The notes under the pieces were generated by a model, which was given only the letters and a program-made list of their open reading frames with translations, was not told the DNA's origin and searched no databases. A program made the position numbers and the translations under genes. Positions 19,776 to 28,691 of a stretch of 64,000 nt of DNA are shown here, one piece after another. The stretch is from Actinomycetota bacterium (GTDB taxonomy: Bacteria; Actinomycetota; Acidimicrobiia; Acidimicrobiales; JAMCPD01). Location of the stretch: positions 4,411 through 68,410 of the forward strand of contig JAMCPD010000002.1 in the NCBI GenBank assembly GCA_023379935.1, read 5' to 3'. Position 1 is the stretch's first letter. Every line of letters begins with the position of its first letter.

Positions 19776-21511
19776 ACAATGCAACTAAAGGTGGAACCAA
19801 ACTTGGGAACAGAGTCGGTATCAATATTACTCCCCCGGAGCATATTTTGGAGGAGTTTCCTCAAGAGTCTTCTTATGACGTAGTGGTTGTGGGCGGGGGA
19901 CCAAATGGATTAATAACAGCCGCTTACCTAGCCAAGGCGGGGCTTTCGGTAATTGTGGTGGAACGTCGCCATGAGATAGGCGGTGGGCTTGCAACGGAGG
20001 AGACCTTATTCCCCGGCTTTTATACCAATCCTCACGCTATCTACCACATGATGGTTGATTATATGCCGTTGTTTCGCGATTTTGATCTTGCCAAGCATGG
20101 GCTGTCCTTTGTCAAGCCAAATGCCCAAATGGCCATGGTCTTCTCTGATTCTTGTCACTTGCTGCTGTGTAACCAGCCTGAGGACACCAAGGACTCCATA
20201 GCCAAGTTTTCCCCCCAAGATGCAAGGGCATTTGGGAAGATCATCCGTAAATGGCGTACGCTTGTCGATGAGCTAATCGCACCGGGAACATATGTACCGC
20301 CGTTAGAACCCATAGATATGATTGAAGCTTTTGAGCGCACTCCATTGGGCCGTGAGGTGCTACGCCTTAGTGAGATGTCACCCCGTGAGATAATTTTTGA
20401 GTCTTTTGAAAATGATCGAGTAAGGGCAGCCATGTTGTATGCCGCGTGTATGTGGGGACTCAACCCCAATGATACCGGACTCGGCTTTTTAGTCCCTCTT
20501 CTTATAGACAGGGCAATGAACAAGGCTCAATGCTATGGGGGTTCACACAAGCTGGCCGGTGCGCTATCGCGTGTTATTCATGCCTCTGGCGGTGTGGTTT
20601 TGGACCAGGCGGAGGTAACCAGGATTATCCTTCATGATGGTGTTGTAAGCGGTGTTGAGTGTTTTGACGGGAGGATCATAAATGCAAAGGTGGTGGTTTC
20701 GAGCTTACCGCCGCCACTGACCTTTGGAACCTTAATGGCCGGCAATGATGATGTGATAAGTTCGGATGGTCAAGGTTCGACTCTTACGGCTGGCATCCCT
20801 GCCGCTTTGCAAGAGACTGCTCACCATTGGGAGTGGGATGGATGGTCGTTTTTTACCCTTGCCGTTGTGACAAAAGAACCTCCCCGGTACAATACCGACG
20901 ATTCTTGGATCAATGATGCTTTTATGGTTGTAATGGGATTTGATTCAACCGATGAGCTTTTAAGCCGTTGGAATGGAGTTTTAGCCGGTGATGCTTACTC
21001 AGTTCCCTTGGGTGGGCACAGTAGCGTTGAGACCCGTTACGATCCTACACTTGTCAGGATCGGCGGGCATGCTGTCAGCTTTTTGCAAGTACATGTACCC
21101 TATGAAATAGAGGGCGGTTGGGATTTGAAAAAAGATGATTTTGGGACAAAACTGCTTGAAACTTGGAGGCGTTATGCACCCAATCTTGATGATGACAACA
21201 TTGTCATGACCTCTTCGGAAACTCCTTTGGACATTGAAACCCGCATAGCCACCATGGTGCGCGGGTCAATTAAGCATGGAGAGTACAATCCGCTGCAGAT
21301 GGGGGTTTTTCGCCCCAGCGATACCTGTGTTGGCGGATGTACACCGATAGAGGGACTTTACCTTTGTGGTGCATCTTCATATCCGGGGGGACTGGTGATA
21401 GGAGGTCCCGGCTATATAGCAGCCAACTCTATAGCTGAGGATCTGGGTATAGAAAAATGGTGGTCAACCCCTGATTATATTGCTCACTACAAGGATACCT
21501 ACTTGTCATGA
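19772..21511 (+). CDS. phytoene-desaturase-family FAD-dependent oxidoreductase, paralog 2
   Basis: YDVVVVGGGPNGLITAAYLAKAGLSVIVVERRHEIGGG; LYLCGASSYPGG. ATGA overlap with paralog 1. Confidence 0.8.
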   Translation: MNNATKGGTKLGNRVGINITPPEHILEEFPQESSYDVVVVGGGPNGLITAAYLAKAGLSVIVVERRHEIGGGLATEETLFPGFYTNPHAIYHMMVDYMPLFRDFDLAKHGLSFVKPNAQMAMVFSDSCHLLLCNQPEDTKDSIAKFSPQDARAFGKIIRKWRTLVDELIAPGTYVPPLEPIDMIEAFERTPLGREVLRLSEMSPREIIFESFENDRVRAAMLYAACMWGLNPNDTGLGFLVPLLIDRAMNKAQCYGGSHKLAGALSRVIHASGGVVLDQAEVTRIILHDGVVSGVECFDGRIINAKVVVSSLPPPLTFGTLMAGNDDVISSDGQGSTLTAGIPAALQETAHHWEWDGWSFFTLAVVTKEPPRYNTDDSWINDAFMVVMGFDSTDELLSRWNGVLAGDAYSVPLGGHSSVETRYDPTLVRIGGHAVSFLQVHVPYEIEGGWDLKKDDFGTKLLETWRRYAPNLDDDNIVMTSSETPLDIETRIATMVRGSIKHGEYNPLQMGVFRPSDTCVGGCTPIEGLYLCGASSYPGGLVIGGPGYIAANSIAEDLGIEKWWSTPDYIAHYKDTYLS

Positions 21512-21960
21512 AGATCAAATCCAGGGGGCTTGGGCGCCGTGAACTGCTTGTTGATTTCAATGAATTCAAGATTACCCGCCAAGGGGATGAGGTGGTATTG
21601 GATGGCAACACCCATGCTCCGGTAACCTGGGAAACCACAATACGAATTACACCTTCTGACATACCCTCAATGATAAGACTGGCCGTCAATCCCAAGATAA
21701 TAGGTTTAGGCTTTCGTTGGGTTTTCAGTCTGTTTCGTCGAAGGTCACATGATGTGAACCCAGCCGAGCGCACTGGAATGGCCGCAGATACCGCTCAAGC
21801 TGAAGGGTTGGCTAAAGCTCCGCGCATACCAGCAGACTTGAGGGCACAGCGTGCGGCTCGTTTGCAGGCCAAAATGGCAACAGAACAAACTGCAGTTTCA
21901 CAGGTCGGTATCAAGCCCGGGTCGCCTGAATCAGAGGAGGTGACAGATCGGAATGCCTGA
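21508..21960 (+). CDS. hypothetical 150-aa protein, translationally coupled inside the oxidoreductase operon
   Basis: Overlaps the stop of the upstream gene (21508/21511) and the start of the downstream gene (21953/21960). No motif recognised. Confidence 0.5.
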   Translation: MKIKSRGLGRRELLVDFNEFKITRQGDEVVLDGNTHAPVTWETTIRITPSDIPSMIRLAVNPKIIGLGFRWVFSLFRRRSHDVNPAERTGMAADTAQAEGLAKAPRIPADLRAQRAARLQAKMATEQTAVSQVGIKPGSPESEEVTDRNA

Positions 21961-23578
21961 AGTATCTTATGACGCTTCTTATGATGCTATTGTGGTTGGT
22001 GCGGGGCATAATGGTCTGTGTTTGGCCGCTTACTTGGCTAGGGCTGGCTTGTCTACTGCGGTGATAGAACGTCGCCATGAAGAAGGCGGGGGAGCCAATA
22101 CCGAGGAGCCCGTAATGGCGGGATTCAGACACAATATGCATGCCCAGTATATGGAGTTTTTCGATATAATGCCCATGATTCAAGACTTTCACTTGGATGA
22201 AATCGGGTTGCGTACCGTAATGCCTGAGGTTCAGGCAGGCATAACCTTTAGAGATGGAAGACCGCCAATAGTACTGCACAGACCTGACTTACTTGATCGC
22301 ACTCACGCCAGTATATCCCGTTATTCAACGGCTGATGCCGATACGTTTGTAGAGTTGAAGCGTTTGGCAATAAACATTGAGCCATTAATTGCTCTAAACT
22401 TATACAATCCCCCCATGCCGGTGCCTCCAGAGGGGCAGCTTGCCATGCTGGAAGGAGCATTCGGACATGCCGGACTTGGGATAGGTCCCCACTGGCTTGC
22501 CAAGACTCCCAAGGCTCTTATCGATGAGCTTTTTGAAACACCCGAGCTGAGAGCTTTAATGTATCGCATCACGGTGGAATGGGGCTTTCCGGTGGATCAA
22601 GCAAATACCGGTGGGGGATTTTTAACTTTTGTACTCTGGACGTGCGGCAACTGGAAACTGGCCAAAGGCGGAACACATTCCTTGGCTAAGGCAATGACGC
22701 AGGCTTGCTATCAAGTAGGTGTAGACTTGATAGAGAACACAGCCGTTAAAGAGATAGTTGTAAGAGGAGAGCGGGCAGTTGGGGTACGTACCTCGGATGG
22801 CAAGTACATTGAGGCGAAAAAACTGGTTGCGTCCAATGCAGACATCAAACAGACTCTTTTGGATATGGTTGGTCAAAACCATCTCAGTCAACTTTGGGTC
22901 AAAAGAGCAAAGGCATTTCGCTATGGACCCAGCCATGTGCTTGGGACATTGGCTTTTTGCTTGCATGAAGCTCCAAACTATCTTTCTGCCCGCTGGGACC
23001 CCGACATAAACAACTGTTTTTATACTGTTGTGGGTTTCGACGGGCCTGATGATATGATCCGTTACATCAGAGATGCTTATTCGGGTCGTTTACCCGAACC
23101 TGCTGCGGGAACATGGGTCAACAGTTTATGGGATCCTTCTCAAGCCCCTCCCAGCAAGCATTCTCTGACCGGATGGTATTTTTTCCCGCCTGCAAGTTCT
23201 CTCAGTGCAAAAGACTGGCAAGAGGTGCGAAACAGTTACAATGAACGGTTTTTGTTAAAGTGGGAGAAGTTCGCGCCCAATATGACGAGAGACAACGTTA
23301 TAGCTATGCGCCTCTACACACCTGATCAAATGGAGCACAAAAACCTGATGATGGAAGGAGACTTTTCAAACGGTGAGTTTTCTGTTGATCAAATGGGTCA
23401 AAACCGTCCGTTTCCGGAAGCGTCCAACTACCGAACCGAACTTGAGGGGCTTTACCTTTGCGGTCCTTCCTCTCATCCGGGTGGCGGTATGCATGCGGCA
23501 TGCGGATACAATGCTTATAAAGTTATAGCTCAAGATATCGGGTTGCCAAGCCCACTAGTTTCAGAAAGAGGTTATTAA
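21953..23578 (+). CDS. phytoene-desaturase-family FAD-dependent oxidoreductase, paralog 3
   Basis: YDAIVVGAGHNGLCLAAYLARAGLSTAVIERRHEEGGG; LYLCGPSSHPGG. Confidence 0.8.
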   Translation: MPEVSYDASYDAIVVGAGHNGLCLAAYLARAGLSTAVIERRHEEGGGANTEEPVMAGFRHNMHAQYMEFFDIMPMIQDFHLDEIGLRTVMPEVQAGITFRDGRPPIVLHRPDLLDRTHASISRYSTADADTFVELKRLAINIEPLIALNLYNPPMPVPPEGQLAMLEGAFGHAGLGIGPHWLAKTPKALIDELFETPELRALMYRITVEWGFPVDQANTGGGFLTFVLWTCGNWKLAKGGTHSLAKAMTQACYQVGVDLIENTAVKEIVVRGERAVGVRTSDGKYIEAKKLVASNADIKQTLLDMVGQNHLSQLWVKRAKAFRYGPSHVLGTLAFCLHEAPNYLSARWDPDINNCFYTVVGFDGPDDMIRYIRDAYSGRLPEPAAGTWVNSLWDPSQAPPSKHSLTGWYFFPPASSLSAKDWQEVRNSYNERFLLKWEKFAPNMTRDNVIAMRLYTPDQMEHKNLMMEGDFSNGEFSVDQMGQNRPFPEASNYRTELEGLYLCGPSSHPGGGMHAACGYNAYKVIAQDIGLPSPLVSERGY

Positions 23579-23580
23579 CC

Positions 23581-24063
23581 ATGCCGGACATTTATACACA
23601 ACCGTGGTATGAGGCTGTCAAAGACACGATAAACCAAGAGGTGACCAAGCTCAAAGATATTCCCGATGGCAAGTGGGTGTTGGCAGTGGAAATAGTTGCA
23701 GATGGGGTATCACCTTATGTGGGAGGTGGCGCAGATGGTGCTGCAAATCTTACTGCCACCGGAGCAGATGAACGACATTTCCTGATTGAGATCAGTGACG
23801 GTCGTTGCAACTGGTATAAAGAGGTTGAAGGCGATTACGGTGATGTGGAGTTGAGCTACCGTTTCAGAGGTCCGGCCACTGTTTTTGATGAGATTGCAGC
23901 AGGGATAACGGATCCGATTGATGCCGCTTTAAAAGGGGCAGTTAAAGTCAGAGGTGATATGCGTTTGTTGATGCGTCAAGCAAAGCATGTTAAAGTACTC
24001 TTGGAGGCCTATTCAAAGGCTGTTGATACCTCTTGGCCCAAAGGAAAGCCACCTTATGCATAA
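23581..24063 (+). CDS. SCP2 sterol-binding domain protein
   Basis: QPWYEAVKDTIN at the N-terminus and AALKGAVKVRGDMRLLM near the C-terminus. Starts 3 nt after the stop of paralog 3. Confidence 0.65.
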   Translation: MPDIYTQPWYEAVKDTINQEVTKLKDIPDGKWVLAVEIVADGVSPYVGGGADGAANLTATGADERHFLIEISDGRCNWYKEVEGDYGDVELSYRFRGPATVFDEIAAGITDPIDAALKGAVKVRGDMRLLMRQAKHVKVLLEAYSKAVDTSWPKGKPPYA

Positions 24064-25708
24064 GAGGTATGATGCCGTAATTATCGGTGCCGGTCACAAC
24101 GGTTTAACTTTGGGTGCCTACTTGGCAAGAAGTGGATTGGATGTAGTTGTCTTAGAACGCCGTCATGAAGAAGGCGGCGGGCTTTGCACTGAAGAGCTTA
24201 CCCGCCCCGGGTTTTTGCACAACATACACGCCAACTACCACACCTTTGTAGACTTAGCGCCTCCCATAGAAGATCTTGAACTTAGAAAAAATGGTGTTGT
24301 ATATGTGAGGCCTGAGGTTCAAATGGCTTCCATTTTTGAAGACAATACGGCTCTTTGTATATACACCGATTTGGATGCCACCGTTGAGTCAATGTCGCGT
24401 TTTTCTCCTGCTGATGCAGAAACTTTTAAGCGTCTCTATACGGAAGCACATGGGTATGTGGACTTGTTATTGGGTACTTTAATGTTTCAGCCCCCGATGT
24501 CGATCAAAGAGTTGACTGGCGCGCTCGGAACTTTCGGAATAGAGGATCGTTCGGAGTTCTTAGGCGTGAAACTGCGCCGTCAAAGCATCAACCAGTTTTT
24601 GGATCAACATTTTGAACACCCCAAGATCAAAGCCCACTTGGCTTTCCATGGTGCGGTGTGCGGATATGCTAACGATGTGGTTGGGCTTGCAATCGGTTTT
24701 CCGCTGCTGATCGGCAAGATAGACAACTGGAATCTTTGTGTTGGAGGGTCCCATCGCCTTGCCCATGCTTTGTGGAGAGATCTGGCACACCATGGCGGTA
24801 CTTTGATCACAGATGCCGAGGTTGTTTCAATTGTTGTGGAAGACGGGCAGGCAACGGGGGTACGCTTGAGTGACGGGGAAGAAATACAAGCCACCAAGCT
24901 GGTTGCTTCGACGGTAGATGTGGAACAAACCTTTTTGAGGTTTTTGGGCAAAACGACCGGTGCCAGTGCGGATGGGGCCGGGGATAGCGTGAAAGAAGAT
25001 GCCGTGGGAGGTATTTCAACAGAACTTATCGACAGGGTTGAAAGCCGAATAGCTCATCAGGATTGGACGCTTTTCTCGGTTCACCTGGCCCTATCCGAGC
25101 CTCCTTATTACGAGGCGGCTGAGTTCAATCCCGATGTCAATAATGCCTGGGTTGTGAACCTCGGGTATGAATCACTTACGGAAATGAATCGTGACTGGCA
25201 AGATATACGAGCAGGGAAGCTTCCTTTGCCGAAACCGAATGCAGCCGTTAACTCACTTTTTGATACGACCGATGCCCCTGCCGGATGCTATACAGGTCTC
25301 TTACGTCAGTTTGCGCCGTTTTCTTTGGAACAAGAAGGACCCGGCGGGTGGGAGATCATAGGTCGCCAGTATGCAAGACAGTGCATCCAAACTTGGGAAC
25401 GGTTTGCCCCCAACTTGAGTTCCGACAAAGCGGTACTGGATTGGGTTCCTTATACTCCACTTGAGATTTCCCAAAAGATGATAAATATGGTTCAAGGAGA
25501 CTGGATGTGCGGAGCTATAAAATTGGACAACATGCTTGACCAGCGTCCATTGCCTGAACTAGGAGGATACAAGACGCCTATCGGAAGGCTTTATATGGCA
25601 GGCTCGACTCAGCATCCGCATGGTTTTATAACTTTTGGACCGGCTTACAACGCACTGTCGGTTATAGCGGATGATTTGGGAATAAAACCTTGGTGGAGGA
25701 GGATATAG
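24056..25708 (+). CDS. phytoene-desaturase-family FAD-dependent oxidoreductase, paralog 4
   Basis: ATG at 24056 gives MHKRYDAVIIGAGHNGLTLGAYLARSGLDVVVLERRHEEGGG and overlaps the SCP2 stop. The ORF track extends upstream to 23987. C-terminal LYMAGSTQHPHG. Confidence 0.8.
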   Translation: MHKRYDAVIIGAGHNGLTLGAYLARSGLDVVVLERRHEEGGGLCTEELTRPGFLHNIHANYHTFVDLAPPIEDLELRKNGVVYVRPEVQMASIFEDNTALCIYTDLDATVESMSRFSPADAETFKRLYTEAHGYVDLLLGTLMFQPPMSIKELTGALGTFGIEDRSEFLGVKLRRQSINQFLDQHFEHPKIKAHLAFHGAVCGYANDVVGLAIGFPLLIGKIDNWNLCVGGSHRLAHALWRDLAHHGGTLITDAEVVSIVVEDGQATGVRLSDGEEIQATKLVASTVDVEQTFLRFLGKTTGASADGAGDSVKEDAVGGISTELIDRVESRIAHQDWTLFSVHLALSEPPYYEAAEFNPDVNNAWVVNLGYESLTEMNRDWQDIRAGKLPLPKPNAAVNSLFDTTDAPAGCYTGLLRQFAPFSLEQEGPGGWEIIGRQYARQCIQTWERFAPNLSSDKAVLDWVPYTPLEISQKMINMVQGDWMCGAIKLDNMLDQRPLPELGGYKTPIGRLYMAGSTQHPHGFITFGPAYNALSVIADDLGIKPWWRRI

Positions 25709-25766
25709 TCTGTTGATGCCTGCGACAGTTGATTATTCGAGATTACATGTTGATTAAAACCGTCAG

Positions 25767-27233
25767 ATGTATGATGTGATAGTAGTTGGCGCAGGATACG
25801 GGGGGGTTACTTGTGCCGGTTTGTTGACTAAATATGGTTATAAAGTAGCTTTAGTTGACAAAAATCCTAAGGCTGGGGGAAAGGCTATGAGTGTCAGCAA
25901 AAAAGGGTTTGTATATGAGATGTGGCCGATTCTTGGCGGACCTTCTGTGCCTTCCCGCTTTCATGAACTGGTGGATATTTTGCAACTGCACGATGATGTT
26001 GATTTGTTGACCTCCTCTGAAACCAGCGAAGAGTTTCGCTATATAAAATCAGATGGTCGGGTGGTAACATCGCCATTTCCAACTCAGGGTTCTTATGGTG
26101 ATTCAAATGAGATGAACAGGGTTCTTTCCGAAGCAGGTATAAGTTTAGCAGAGGCCGGAAACCTGTTGAAATTGATGGCTGCCATTTTGAGCACCACGCC
26201 GGAACAGTTGGAAGGCTTGGAACACGTTAGTGTTTTCGAATGGGTACGTTCTTTTGAGATAGGGAGTGTTTTGGAAAGCTATCAGTTTTCCCTATGCAAC
26301 CTGTTATTTGTTGTGGCGCTAGACAAGCTTCCCGCCGCAGAAGCGATAAGAACTCTGCGAGACTTCTATCAAGGCGGAGCAGGTCGCTATCATAGGAAGG
26401 GATATGGCTACGTAGCGCAAGCGGTAGTTGGATATATCCAAAACCACGGCGGCACTTGGTTGCCCAAGACTAAGGTTGATCAGATATTGGTTGAAGATGA
26501 TAGCGCTGTGGGAATAAAAGCTGGCGGCAAGGTTTACAAGGGGAAGACGGTTGTTTCAAATGCTGGGTTGCAACCCACAGTATTGAAACTGCTGGAGCCA
26601 TACTCAAGCACTGCACTGCCACCCGACTACCTTGAATGGGTAAAAAGGTTGGAACCTTCTTGGGCTTTTGTTGGCGTACGCTATTTTGTGGATGCTCCCG
26701 TATTCGACAAAGCCAGCATAATACAGTTTTCTGATGAGTCTTGGTGGGATACCGAGCGTTTCGAGAGCGCCAGGAATGGATCCTGGCCTGACCAGCCCTT
26801 GCTTTTTATCGTAGTTCCTTGTTTATATGATCCCTTATTGAGTCCCGACCCTTCTCACCAGGTAATTTTGGCGGGTACAATGTGTTCTCCTGATCCTTCC
26901 TCACCTATGAACCAAGCCGCAGTGGGAAAAGTAGAAAAGGTAATGGAAAAGTACTGGCCAGACCTGAGATGGCATACTACAAAAAAGGAGGCTTTTACTT
27001 CACAAAATATCTCAGCTCAAAGCCGTGCGAGTGTGGTTTTTGGACAAGGCGGGGAGTGTATTGGACTTGGTCAGGTAATCGGTCAATGCGGGCCTGACAA
27101 ACCCAACCCAAAAAGTCCTTTGAGCAGATTGTGGTTTGTAGGTTGTGATGCAGGTGGATATGGGTGCGGTACACATCAAGCTGTTGAATCCGGCTTTCAA
27201 GTAGCTGAGATGGTAGCCAAGGAGTTGGGCTAG
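25767..27233 (+). CDS. phytoene-desaturase-family FAD-dependent oxidoreductase, shorter divergent paralog 5
   Basis: MYDVIVVGAGYGGVTCAGLLTKYGYKVALVDKNPKAGGKA. 488 aa. Confidence 0.75.
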   Translation: MYDVIVVGAGYGGVTCAGLLTKYGYKVALVDKNPKAGGKAMSVSKKGFVYEMWPILGGPSVPSRFHELVDILQLHDDVDLLTSSETSEEFRYIKSDGRVVTSPFPTQGSYGDSNEMNRVLSEAGISLAEAGNLLKLMAAILSTTPEQLEGLEHVSVFEWVRSFEIGSVLESYQFSLCNLLFVVALDKLPAAEAIRTLRDFYQGGAGRYHRKGYGYVAQAVVGYIQNHGGTWLPKTKVDQILVEDDSAVGIKAGGKVYKGKTVVSNAGLQPTVLKLLEPYSSTALPPDYLEWVKRLEPSWAFVGVRYFVDAPVFDKASIIQFSDESWWDTERFESARNGSWPDQPLLFIVVPCLYDPLLSPDPSHQVILAGTMCSPDPSSPMNQAAVGKVEKVMEKYWPDLRWHTTKKEAFTSQNISAQSRASVVFGQGGECIGLGQVIGQCGPDKPNPKSPLSRLWFVGCDAGGYGCGTHQAVESGFQVAEMVAKELG

Positions 27234-27856
27234 GCGGAAGTTACCGGTGATGTTTCGTTCCAGCTTAAGATGACAGGCGTTCCTCTTTCGTATCCCAGTT
27301 TGCTTATCGATGCAGTGCTTAAAGTGAACAGACGGCCGTTTACAGGCGCCAAGCCCAACCAACGCGCGCACAGTATACGTAAACAGTGTGCATGCCCGAA
27401 GATAAGAGTTCTTTCTGATGTTACTTCTCGGCGAATTTCATTCAATATAGTGTCGACGCGTTTTCCAACTTCCCCCAAACTCTCGCCTTTTTCCACACCA
27501 TCATTCCACAGTGACCAACCGGGATGCATAGCCTGTATTTCAGCCGTAGTTTTGCCCTCGTAAGCTCCGTAGTCCCACTCAACCAGTTCGTCTCTTATCT
27601 CTGCTTTATCGTAGCCTGCAAGGGAGCAGGTTTGGCGCGCTCTCGATAGAGAACTGCAAAAAACACGCCCTACCTTGAGCCGGTCGAGCTCGTTCATCTT
27701 AGCAAGGCGATGTTTTAGCATGCTTGCTTGACGAATTCCTGTCTGATCCAAGGGGATATCAGATCTGCCGGTGTGAAGACCTTCCTTGCTCCAAGCCGTC
27801 TCCCCATGCCTAATCAGAACTATAGTCATACTGTTTGTTGCATCGGCTTTGTCCAT
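27230..27856 (-). CDS. histidine phosphatase family protein (phosphoglycerate-mutase-like)
   Basis: RHG motif IVLIRHGETAWS and a later GHAH. Its stop overlaps the stop of the convergent gene within the tetranucleotide CTAG. Confidence 0.75.
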   Translation of the reverse strand: MDKADATNSMTIVLIRHGETAWSKEGLHTGRSDIPLDQTGIRQASMLKHRLAKMNELDRLKVGRVFCSSLSRARQTCSLAGYDKAEIRDELVEWDYGAYEGKTTAEIQAMHPGWSLWNDGVEKGESLGEVGKRVDTILNEIRREVTSERTLIFGHAHCLRILCARWLGLAPVNGRLFTLSTASISKLGYERGTPVILSWNETSPVTSA

Positions 27857-27901
27857 TTACCGTTTTATCCTAGCCGTTTTTGGCGGTTGATCACAGTAAC
27901 A

Positions 27902-28486
27902 ATGTCAAACAAAAAAATTCCCTACTTGATCGTTGTGTTGTATGATTGTTTAATGAACTATCAACATGTTTTGGTGGATCCTGAATCATCCGGTATGGCT
28001 AGTATGCTGGGGGACTTATTAGAGGAGAACATAGCAGATTCCAAGATCAGGAGGCGGTTACTTGCCATTGGCAAGGGTGGCGTAGTTATTACTGCAGCCG
28101 ATAAGGGAGTTTCTGTTTTGCTCCTGTTTGAGCGGGATAAGGTGAGGATAGTTGACTTAGACACTGATGCCTGTGTCAGCGGTCACCAGTTTTGTGAACT
28201 TAGTGGACCTTGGTTGGATATGGCGGACCTGTGTTCCGGGCAGCTTTCTGTGTTTAGAGCCATATACAATGGCAAGCTAAAGATCAGACGATTGAAATAT
28301 GTCCACAAAGAAGATATTTTAGCACTTGTCGCGGCTTCAGTACTGTTAAAAGTTCCGTCATCATTCTATGGTGAGAAACAAAAATGGCCGTATGTGGTAG
28401 TGACTGTTGTTGGGGTAGCTGGCCTTGTTGCCCTTTTGATTCACTTTAGAAAAAGATGTTTTTCAACTACCGGGGTTTCCCTTTAG
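27902..28486 (+). CDS. SCP2-like domain protein with C-terminal transmembrane anchor
   Basis: ATG at 27902 or 27953. LGDLLEENI...GKGGVVITAADKGVSVLLLFERDKV...YNGKLKIRRL resembles SCP2. C-terminal WPYVVVTVVGVAGLVALLIHF is hydrophobic. The upstream part of the ORF-track frame overlaps the phosphatase gene. Confidence 0.45.
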   Translation: MSNKKIPYLIVVLYDCLMNYQHVLVDPESSGMASMLGDLLEENIADSKIRRRLLAIGKGGVVITAADKGVSVLLLFERDKVRIVDLDTDACVSGHQFCELSGPWLDMADLCSGQLSVFRAIYNGKLKIRRLKYVHKEDILALVAASVLLKVPSSFYGEKQKWPYVVVTVVGVAGLVALLIHFRKRCFSTTGVSL

Positions 28487-28691
28487 AATAGATTTACCGC
28501 AAGGACTTGGGAGTTGGTGCGCACCCGACTCTACTCTAACGGACATCCTTCACTATCAGGAAAGTTGTCGATATCTGCTATCTGAGTAGGACATCTGTTC
28601 CTCGTTCCAGAGACCTCCATTTGGGAGTATGACCGGTGAACAACATTGCCCAGCGGATGGTAGGAGTTGTCAAAAATACCCGAATAACACC

